This document shows positions 53,398 to 64,000 of a stretch of 64,000 bases of DNA, one piece after another. Both the position numbers and the translations under genes were made by a program. Below the pieces are notes generated by a model. It made no database searches, was not told the origin of the DNA, and saw only the letters and a program-made list of their open reading frames with translations. How positions within the stretch are numbered: position 1 is the stretch's first letter; the number at the start of each line of letters is the position of its first letter. The stretch is taken from assembly GCA_951406725.2 (NCBI GenBank), contig OX597824.1:56358001-56422000 (forward strand). Direction: 5' to 3'. Origin of the DNA: Octopus vulgaris. Its lineage: Eukaryota.

Positions 53398-54045
53398 AAA
53401 AACGGCAATAGGGTAAATATCGGCCCGAGTTAAACACTATAGTTTAAAGGCCATGGACTGAAGATGGGGAATTTTTTTTGTTTGTCTTTGTGCCCGGGTC
53501 AGATCCGGAACATTCATATCCTGAATGTTCCGAGTCCTCTCCTCCAACCCCCTTTCGCGAGCGCGCATTTTTTTTTGTCATATTCGTTTAAAGCAAGTTG
53601 TTTTACACCTATTACACTTTTTTTATTGTTTTTATGACCGGGTCAAACGCTTTAGTTTGACCGTATGCAAGTTTCGTTATTTTTATTTTTGTTTTCAGTT
53701 TACAGAGAAAATAAATTACAGAACATATAACTCATTGGCTATTTGGCCCCTCGTATCATTAATAATAGTTGACTCGTAAAAGTAAATTACCTCCCCTTGT
53801 TTCATCCAACATGTTTATTTGTATTCGCGAGTGCCCGTTTTCCGTTTGTTTTACTTTTAAGTTTTTTTTTTGGATTTGGTTTACAAGATTCTTTATATAA
53901 GTTCGTATGTTGAAGCATATTCTGTTGTGTCTGGGGAGAGTCATTTTCTTTTTGTGCCTCATAATTTAACACACTCACCGGAAAAAATTTCCACTTATTT
54001 CTTATTTTTATTTTCCTAAAACTTTCGTTGTCTTGCAACCTTTTC

Positions 54046-55234
54046 GGCAATGTTTCGTTTGTATTAGCACGCTTGTAGCACGTTTCCGTCGATTTCCTCC
54101 GTCGATTTCCGTAAAAAACTTTTATTTTTTTATATATGGCTTTGCGGGAACATTTGAAGTAATGAGAGCGAAAGAGACTAAGAGGAAGCGATTTTATGAC
54201 GAGGAAATTTCTTTTGAAGCTATGAAAGCATTGATGTACATGTGTGTGTGTGTTTGATGGGGTGTGGGAGACAGACAGTATGTTGTGTGTGCGAAGAGAC
54301 AGAGAGAGTAATGTGTGAAAGAGAGAGATAACTGAAATTTTTTACTCGGTGTATGTGTATATGTATGTCTGCATGTATGTGTGTGTGTGTATGTATGTGT
54401 GTGTGTGTAAGTATGTGTGTATGTATCTATGGCCGATTCAGTGTAATTTTTTACACATACTTACACACACACACACATACATAGATACATACACACACAC
54501 ACACATACATGCAGACATACATATACACATACACACACACACATACATGCAGACATACATATACACATACACCGAGTAAAAAATTACACTGAATCGGCCA
54601 TACATACATACATATATACACACATACACACACACACATACATTCAGACATACATATACACATAAACCGAGTAAAAAATTACACTGAATCGGCCATACAT
54701 ACATACACATACATAGATACATACACACATACATACATACATTCAGACATACATATACACATACACCGAGTAAAAAATTACATTGAATCGGCCATACATA
54801 CACACACACATGCATAGATACATACATACACACATACATACACACACACATACATACACACACACATACATAGATACATACACACACACACATACATGCA
54901 TACATACATATACACATACACCGAGTAAAAAATTTCAGTTATCTCTCTCTTTCACACATTACTCTCTCTGTCTCTTTGCACACACTAACAGAAGCACTTC
55001 ACTTACACAACATACTGTCTGTCTCCCACACCCCATCAAACACACACACACATGTACATCAATGCTTTCATAGCTTCAAAAGAAATTTCCTCGTCATAAA
55101 ATCGCTTCCTCTTAGTCTCTTTCGCTCTCATTACTTCAAATGTTCCCGCAAAGCCATATATAAAAAAATAAAAGTTTTTTACGGAAATCGACAGAAATGT
55201 GCTACAAGCGTGCTACTACAAACGAAACATTGCC
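54046..55234. mobile_element. Merlin-like foldback element with 8-bp TSD
   Basis: TIR ggcaatgtttcgtttgta / tacaaacgaaacattgcc, long inverted arms, TSD accttttc at 54038-54045 and 55235-55242. Confidence 0.85.
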
Positions 55235-55535
55235 ACCTTTTCAATAGTCTTGACTCTGTCCGTTTGTGCGCATGTTTGTGGGTCAGTGTGTGTATGTATG
55301 TGTGCATGTATATATGTGTGTGTATGCATTTGCATGTCCGTGTTTGTGTATTGTTTATGTATGTGTGTGTGAGCATGTGTTTGTAGATGTATGCACAAGT
55401 GTGTGTGTATATATGGTCATGTGTTTGAGTCTCCATTTGCATATATGTACTTGTCTGTTCTTATAACTTATGTACCTATCCGTCTGCATGTTGATCTGTT
55501 TCTTTTCATATCCTTATGCTTACATACAAAAAGGC

Positions 55536-57500
55536 ATGAGAGAAGTTACACCACAGGAACATGAAAGAGTGGAAAAACTCTTGAATGCACACATGGGAAT
55601 GTGGTGCAACATACTCCAACCTATAAAAAGGACGGCACACAACTTCCAAGCATCCAACAATGATGTTCCTTCACTATACGGGTTACGCAAAGACCACAAA
55701 CCCTACATAAACCCTGTCACGGGGCACCCAACCAGACTAGCTTGAGGAGCGAACATCTCCAGCAACTGTAGACTGTCCTACTTTCTCTCATAGAGATGTT
55801 TCCGGATGTCAGTGTGAGTACGGAAGATCTCAATAAAATCAGTACTTGCAACCACTCCAACGACCTCACAGGTTGTGTAGTGGGTAGTATGAATGTGATT
55901 TCACTCTACCCATCTATAGACATAGATTTTGCTGTAGAGAAATGCATTCAGGTAATCTGTGAGAGTGAAGTGGAATTCCGTAAGGTCAACTCTAGGGAAC
56001 TGGGCCTCCTCCTCAGACTATGCTATGACAGTAACTATTTAGATGACCATGACCTCAATAGATTCTGCCCCACCAGGTCACTGAGGGAAAGACCACTCAC
56101 CATCACTTCAGCAGTGAAGAAAGGCACCACAGAGTGTTGGAGTGGCTGGACCGCACCCACCCAACACCCTGAGAACAGCAATCAGGTGAAAGTAATGATT
56201 GCATATGCAATAGGGGCCAGTGTAAAAACCACCTTGAAGAACCACATAGTAAAGTTTAATAAAAAAAAAAAAAACTATACATGCAGGTTCAAGGTGCAGC
56301 CATCGGTGTAGGTGTAACTGGAGATTTGGCTGGCCTCTTCATGACCTGGTGGGACAGAAAACTTAAACAAATGTTAGCAGAACAGTCCACAACTCTTCTA
56401 CTCTACAGTAGATATGTAGATGACAATATCATAGTTAGGACCAACTCTAGTGACGGTAATGTAGAAACTGAGAAGAACGTAATGGAGAGTATCCAGCAAA
56501 AAGCTAACCCCATCCACCAAAGTTTCAAGTTAACTATAGATTACCCCACTAAGAACCCTAACAATAGACTCCCTGTACTTGATACTGAACTTGGGTTAGA
56601 GACTGTGAACAATAGAGTGCAGCTCCTCCACTCCTATTACATGAAACTCATAACTTCAAAATATGCTGTTCACAAGAACTCAGCTTTGTCACACAACATG
56701 AAAATTAGCATACTGATAGCAGACTTAATTAGAATAATGAACTATGTGTCCCCACTATGCGAACCCTATGAAATGAAAAAAACATATACAGAACTTCATG
56801 CACCGCATGCAGTTCTCTGGATATAATCAGAAAGATAGGATTTGAGTATACAGTGGGGCTAGAAAGAAATTAGACAACATTATATGTAATGATATCAGTG
56901 GTATCTGCCCTAAATATAGAAACAAAGAATGGAATAGGATACAAAGAACTTGTGACAAAGCAAACAGGGCGAACACGTGGTATAAAACTGACAAATATCA
57001 AAAAGTGATGTTTGTAGAGCCCATGGAGAACTAGCCTGTAGATTTAGAAAAGATCTGAAGGAGACCAAACTCAACATTAAGATTGCTGAAAAACCAGGGA
57101 ACTCCGTCAGATCACAACTATGTAGGACGTATCATATGCATCAATGATAATTGCATGGTATGTAGGATTAGTCCTGGCATTAACTGTAGAACTCGAAATG
57201 TAGTTTACAGCATAAGATGCATAGAAGGTGCTTGTAAAGACATGAACATGACATACATAGGGGAAACATCTATGAGCATTGCGGAACGACTAAATGAACA
57301 TTTGAGACAATATGATGACAAAAATCAGTCCTCCATACTCTACCAACATGCCAAAGACCATCATGGGGGCAACTTGGGTCAACTTGACATCTGCATCTTA
57401 ACCAAGCACCCAAAAGACCCAACACTCAGATAAATATGGGAGTATGTCCTTATAAATGAAACTTTCCCAATACTAAATAGTAGATATCATAACTCCATAC
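55536..57500 (+). pseudogene. Penelope-like RT plus GIY-YIG endonuclease, degenerate
   Basis: LYGLRKDHK, NVISLYPSI, QGAAIG, RYVDD, LPVLD, VVYSIRC...YIGETSMSIAERLNEH. Confidence 0.9.
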
Positions 57501-58267
57501 CCACAATTTACACAGGTAGAGTAGAATAGTTAGTGGACTGTTATGTAGATAGATGTATGTGTTAGTGGGTGTGTATGCACATGCTTTTTTTTTTTGTATG
57601 TAAGCATATGGATATGAAAAACAGATCAACATACAGATGGATAGGTACATAGGTTATAAGAACAGACAAGCACATATACGCAAATGGAGACTGAAACACA
57701 TGACCATATATACAGACACACTTTACTCCATGCAAGGACGCATATGGAGACATGGGTCCGCATATATAAAGATGCACATCCATACATACAAACATGGTAC
57801 ATAGTTGAAAAACACAGACACAAGGAGACAGAGGTGCATACATCTACAAACACATGCTCACACACACACATAGAAAATACACAAACACGGACATGCAAGC
57901 ACATGAATATGCAGAATACATACATACAAATGCACACACATACATACATATATACATATGCATACACACACACACATATACATACACACATGCATACATA
58001 CGTACATGTATACATGCATAGGCACACACACACGCTGACCCACACACATGCGCACAAACAAACAAAAAGGAACGCAGCGTAAATAACAGACAGAGTCAAA
58101 ACTATTGAAAAGGTTGCAAGACAATGAAAATTTTAGGAAAATAAAGATAAGAAATAAGTGGAAATTTTACCAGTAAAGAAAATGACTCTCCTCAGACACA
58201 ACAGAATTATTTTTTAGTATAAAATATTTAAAAATGGATGAATCTTTCTAATTTTTTTGCATACATA

Positions 58268-58643
58268 GGCACAGGAGTGGCTTTGTGGTAAGTAGCTTGC
58301 TTACCAACCACATGGTTCCGCGTTCAGTCCCACTGCGTGGCACCTTGGGCAAGTGTCTTCTACTATAGCCTCGGGCTGACCAAAGCCTTGTGAGTGGATT
58401 TGGTAGACGGAAACTGGAAGAAGCCTGTCGTATATATGTATGTATATGTATATGTGTATATGTTTGTGTGTCTGTGTTTGTCCCCCCACCATTGCTTGAC
58501 AACCGATGCTGGTGTGTTTATGTCCCCGTAACTTAGCGGTTCAGCAAACGGACTGATAGAATAAGTCCTGGGGGCGATTTACTCGACTAAAAGGTGGTGC
58601 TCCAGCATGGCCACAGTCAAATGACTGAAACAAGTAAAAGAGT
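58268..58643 (+). mobile_element. SINE, family A
   Basis: Near-identical to 9871-10268. Confidence 0.9.
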
Positions 58644-58829
58644 ATACATCATTTATTTTGTATATATTTTCCATTGGCATTCTTTCGATATAACTCGGCA
58701 AAATCAAAACATTTCACTTCAGGTATTTCCGTGGGAGCAAATGACAGTTCGATTCTGTTTTTTGCTTGAAAATTTGCGGATTTTACATACACACATGAAA
58801 CAGGTAAGAACAAATATGCAAGGTTTTTT

Positions 58830-61800
58830 TTTCTTCAAGTTTAAAATGGAATCTTTATTATGATCATGAGGATCTTATATAGAATGGGACAATACAGGGC
58901 AAACAAAAACAAAAATGTTATGTGAGTTCATATGAGTTACATGTAAAAATTTACTTTAAAATATTTTATATAACGATTAAATTTTCCTTTAACAAGGACT
59001 TTTTTAAAAAAATAAAACGAAAACAAACAAAGAAAAACGAACAAAAAGATTAAAAGATCGAACCCGGCAGTCTATAAAGCCCAGCAACGATCTTTTCCTT
59101 TCATCAATGATTAAACTGGGTTACTAACACCCACCTTTCTCATCACATCCTTCCATCGTTTCTCGTATTCTCTCGGAAGCAGGTTCCTCCTCTCCAACCC
59201 CATCTTGCTCTTCAGGTGGTATCTGAAGTAAGACAGCAAACCGGGGCCAGAGATGAAGGACCCTTTCACCGAACCTTCCATTCTCTTTCTGCAAACAGAC
59301 TCTTTCAGTACTGCAACCGTACAGTAAAAACGTGCCTTACCTTCCTTTGTGAGTCCAGTTGGCGGTATCCTCTTTATTATAGATTCAGCTGACAGCTGTA
59401 CTCGTCCTAGATGTGACAGCACGTGTTCGACGTAACTTATCAAGCTAGATAGCTCCCGACATTGTACAATAGCATGCTGGACAGTTTTCTTGTCCACTCC
59501 GCATCTTGGACACGTCGGTGACACTGGTACTCCGTGTCTGGATAACTTATCTCGAACAGGTAAAGCGTTCCTATAACACTGCCAGGTCAGGGATTTTTGG
59601 AAGTTATCCAAATACCCTGGCCTGAAAGTTTTTTTAAACAGGTTGGTGAGTTGGTTCTCATCGAACCCCAGAGCCCCTCCTAGGACGTCATTGTTTTTTT
59701 CCTCTACCAGCCCTCTATAGAACACCGAGGTGGTATTCCCGCTGCCGGCCTTGCCCGCCTTGTGGATCAACCAGAGTGCCTGACGGCACTCCTTCTGCCA
59801 TGAAGTCAGGTTTCGTCTTTTAATGTCTGCGCATCTTCAGCCAGGGTATCCCCAGTCCACCCTTTAATGGTTCCTGGCAGCAAACGGAGCGCTTCACAAG
59901 TGGCTTTCCTCCCTTCCACAAAAAGTGGAAGAGGATTCGTTCCAACTTGTTTAGCCAAAAATCGGGGCAAGACACCACGGACAGGCGGTAGGTGATTACA
60001 GATCACCTATCTATAAACTATAAACACCTGCACCACCTCCGCCCTGCCCTTCAAGGACAGAAGCCTTCCATACTATGGCCTCCACCTTCTTCACTACCTC
60101 GGCCCAATTCTTCTCCGCCTGGGAGTCCGGACCAAACCAAACTCCGAGCAACTTAACAGGACCATCTGTCCAGATTATCCTGAATCGACCTGCCTGGGAT
60201 TGCACATGTCTGTGCCTTCCCGACAAGTTTCTTCACGAACAACTGTCAACCTTTTTGCTAGCACCTTGGCCAAAATCTTTAACTCTACATTAAGTAGGAT
60301 TATGGGCCTGTAATTACTGATACTATCCCCCTTGCTCGGGTCTTTCTGGACCAGTGTCACAACTCCCCGCCAGTATATCCCCGAACAAGTCCGGCATACA
60401 ACGATAAAACTCATAGGGCAGACCATCTAACCCCGGCGACTTTTCCCCGGCGCACTCAGCCAACACCTCTTTTACCTCCTAGGGCGTGATCGGTCCTTCA
60501 CAGCATTCAACCTCACATGTCGAAAGTCGCAGCCCACCGGCTAGGAAGTCATTTAAGGGCTCACTCGCTCAAGCGGACCACTCTCCCCGAACAACTGAGC
60601 AAAATGTTAGTGAAAGACTTTCTGAATCTCCTCCTGTCCATAGATCTTGCGTCCCCGTTCGTCCGTTAAAGACTTTATAGAGGACATTTTACCTCTCTGA
60701 CTCTCCACATGACGTGCCCATTTCCCTGCGCGTAGCTTGGCTCTGACTCTGCAGCCTTCATGCTTGGCGTTACAAGACCTTTCTCGCTGCCAACACTCTA
60801 GATGCAGAGCCAGATTCCATTGCCTCGTCTAAGTTCTTCACTAAATCGCCCTCTATTCCAGTCCTATCTAAACTTAGCTGCTTGCTAAATCTAATGGACT
60901 CTGAACGAATAGCTCTTTTGAGGGCGTGCTACCATCTATTGTTAATGATGGTGCCACATAATGCCCTCTGAACTAACTCCTTAATCCGGGTACGGAAAGC
61001 TTCACAAGTCAAAATAGACTTGTTCATTTTCCAGTACCCGGGTCTGACATTTATCTACATTTACCTCACACGTCACAAGTTTGTGATCCGGGTAAGGCAC
61101 AATACAAAATTGTGGACAACTAACACTATTCTTATCTCTTTCCTTAATAAATACCCTATCTAGGTACGATCTGTGTGAGCCATCGTTGTTACTCCACGTC
61201 CACTGTGGAACGTTCGGCTCATCCAGTCGGTAAAGGTCTACTAGATTATAGCTCTCTAGTAGACCCTTGAGGCATGGATTCCCTTTTCTATCAGTTGAGC
61301 CCACACTATCGACCTGCACTTTGAGGATAGTGTTGAAGTCCCCTAACAAAACTAACGTTTTAGACGTCACTAGAAAGTGCTCCAGGTTCCGATAAAAACC
61401 AGACTGCCTACACTTCTCAGGAGCGCAGACAGCTACCAACCTGAAGGACTGTTTACTCAGATGAGTCACATCTAGTACAACCAGCCTGCCTTCTGGGTCC
61501 AGAAAGACAGTACTTATCTGTAAGTCCAAGTTCTTCCTGATAAGGACTGCTACGCCTGCACCCCCTCCTCGGCTAGGAGAAATACATTTCTCGTAACCAT
61601 CCAGAAGAGGCGACAACGCTTGAGGTTCACTCATCTTGGACTCAGTTACAATTACAACATCTATTCTATGTGTCATGAGGTCGTTCAGAAAACAAGCTTG
61701 TTTCCATCTCGACCCCATTCCACGTACATTCAAACAACCTAACTTAATCATTGAAGAAAAGAAAATGAATTACTTAAGGTTGTGAGAGGGAGAATGGCAG

Positions 61801-62795
61801 TTTATGTCTACCAGCTTCCCCAGCACTCCCCGTAGCTGCTGGGCTTTTCACCGGCGTTGCCACTGGGCTCTGGTTAGGAGTGGCTGCCGGGCTGATAATT
61901 AGCTTCCCAGCTATTACCTCCTGGGTAACATCTTTTATGTTTTTGTTTAGCAAGTGTTCCTGGAGGAGCTTTCCTTTAAACTCCTCCTCTCCGACTTTTG
62001 CATATCGCGTGTCGGGCTCCCCACCAGTCATTTAAAAAAAAATTATACGGCTATTAGCCTTGATTAGTCGTAAAACCTTCTCGTTTTTTTCATTGAACGA
62101 TATTATTTTGTCTGATTTTTTGACACCTTTTAACACAGGGGGGTGGGGTTTGTTAAAAAGCTGACCTACAAATGTAGTGTTAGCTGGGAGAGATTGGGGA
62201 ATTTTTTGCTGTTCTTGCGTGTTTGCAGTTTTTCTTTTTGTTTGGGGAGGGGAGTCCGGGGTGCATTCTTTTTTACGCTTGTATGTCAGTTGTAAATTCC
62301 ATTTGGTCGCTTTACTTTTGTTTTTTCTCTTCTTTCTGTTTTTCATTATGTTTTTCACATTGTTTTTTTCTTCCTTTTCTTTTTCGTTTTGCTTCTTTTT
62401 GTCACTGTCGTTTTGTTTTTTTTGAGTGACGCTCTCCTGTCTCACTGCGTTTTGGGGAGGGACCTCAACTGTTTTTTTTTTTCGTACAGGTAGAGCGAAT
62501 GTGGCCCTTCTGCCCACACTTAATGCATCTGGGCCTACGACCCTCTACCGACACACGAATTGTATGTCCCTCCCCTACGGAGATCCTATCAAGCAAACTT
62601 TCGAGGGTTTAGTTGTCCCCTTGGACAACCATCTCTAAACTCTGGCCTCTCCAGTTCGTAGCCTCCTTCATTCTCATGTTCAGTACAGTTACCTTTGCCT
62701 CCACGTCGTATACGACTGCCGTTGCTGCCCACATTACATCATACCCGGCCGGTATGTCTTCTACTGATATTTTTGCTGTTTGCCGGCCTAAGTAA
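58830..62795 (-). mobile_element. L1/Tx1-clade LINE related to 29058-34280, 5'-truncated and internally deleted
   Basis: APE ORF 61002..61751 and zinc-finger ORF 59111..59770 closely resemble the plus-strand element; ORF1 remnants at 61774-62795. Confidence 0.92.
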
Positions 62796-64000
62796 TGAGG
62801 GAAATTACTCTGAAAGAAATCTTTGCCGAAAAAGGAGTAGATTGATTACAAATTTCTTTCATTATGTTATCGCAGTTTTGTGAGATTTGGCTGTTATTAC
62901 TAGCATGTAGATAGCCTGCATGAAGGCCAAGGCCATAGAATCGGCAGGGGTTGGGGTCATTTTTTTTACAATTTTTTTTTTCAGAATCATCTCCGTATTT
63001 CGCAAAAAAAAATTTCTGGAAAAAAATGAAGGGGGAGGGTTGAAATCTTGAAGTTGCGATTTTTGAAACACCTTTTCCAAATTTAAAATGCCTACCTCAA
63101 CCTCCTTTCTCCCAAATTAAAAATTTTTCAAATTTCACACCGCCTCTCAGGCAAACCTCACATACAGTCACCCCACACGCATATACAAAAACGTTTTTTT
63201 TTTTTCAGCGGGCTCGGGCGGGCGGGCGGGCGGATTGATGGATGGATGGGTGGATGGATGGATGGCGATCAGTCGTTAAACTGTCACTTATAAACCCACG
63301 TGGGTTTATTTACATTTCTGAAGAAAAAAGATATCCTTCCCCCTAACCCCACTTTACGGAAAGTGACGATATTCTTCAAGTGTAAACAAATACACGTGAT
63401 GTGGGACTCATATAGAAAGAATGCCCCTGGCAAACTTACGATATGAGTAGTTACTGTCAAACTAGAGCACATGCTTTTGTTTACATTTGAAGAAAGAGAT
63501 CATCGCTTTCCGTAAATTTAAAAAAATTTTTTTATATATATATAAGTCAGCGTGAAAGTGAGGCAGAGAGAGCGCGAATGGATTGGGGAAGTTCTTTTTA
63601 AGTTGGCGTTGCTGCTACCTTTTTTTTTATGCTAGCGGTTTAATGCTCAGTTTCATAGATACGTTTTATTAATATGTGAGGTATACTTGCCGTCTCAATA
63701 TGGCTAACCACTAAGGGTGGGTGTTACTGTAGCTTGTAGCCCCAGGAGAACATCGTCTCCAGCTGGATTTAAGGGTTAAAATAGGGCGTTACGTATATCA
63801 GAAAATCAAAAAAAAAAATGTGTGTAATAGGTGTAAAACAACTTCCTATGAACGAATATGAAAAAAAAATTCGCGCACGCGAAAGGGGGGTGGGGGAGAG
63901 GCCTCGGAAAATTCACATCGGGAAGTTCCGAAAGCGTCTGAGGGGCTGACCCGGGCACCAAAACAAAAAAAAAATAGTGTAATATGTGTAAAACAACTTG

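Larger units (their letters stand above)
53918..58208 (+). mobile_element. Penelope-like element with inverted 5' pseudo-LTR
   Basis: 53918-54045 plus 55243-55538 is the reverse complement of ~57580-58208, flanking a decayed RT-EN region. Confidence 0.8.

Noticed and set aside
52776-58124. Cys/Val/Met-rich or His/Thr-rich ORFs (also 25992-26535, 49032-49426)
   Set aside because: Translations of (TG)n/(TATG)n repeats.
58102-58138. Hammerhead in the pseudo-LTR of the 53918-58208 Penelope element
   Set aside because: ttgaaaa-g-gttg-caaga-caat-gaaa is suggestive, but stem III and the cleavage triplet are not convincing.
62796-64000. Possible promoter or exon near GC-rich and (GGAT)n patches
   Set aside because: No credible ORF or splice-bounded exon; appears to be mixed repeat fragments that I cannot classify.

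Overview
AT-rich, repeat-saturated animal genomic DNA, most likely a cephalopod (Octopus-like, inferred from the SINE families and the very long (TA)n tracts). One probable host exon is visible: a first coding exon at 27510-27919 encoding a signal peptide and an acidic Ser-Gly-rich region, with an upstream TATA box and a GTGAGT donor. Almost everything else is transposon-derived: Helitrons, Tc1 and mariner relics, CR1/L2-like and L1/Tx1-like LINEs, tRNA-derived SINEs, a Ty3/Gypsy element nested in another, Merlin-like foldbacks and Penelope-like elements. Two things stand out. (1) A 2.8-kb tandem array (34820-37620) whose ~200-bp unit is a TATA-like box plus the first ~36 codons of a CRESS-DNA-virus-type Rep (RCR motif I, CFTLNNY), interleaved with 32-bp repeats and palindromic A/T-tract repeats. 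(2) About a dozen minimal hammerhead-ribozyme-like motifs in Penelope-type or retrozyme-like tandem and inverted repeats, including a U3-A8 compensatory core variant and two motifs with ~90-nt stem II inserts. All calls are from manual reading and motif recognition; no searches or folding were run.
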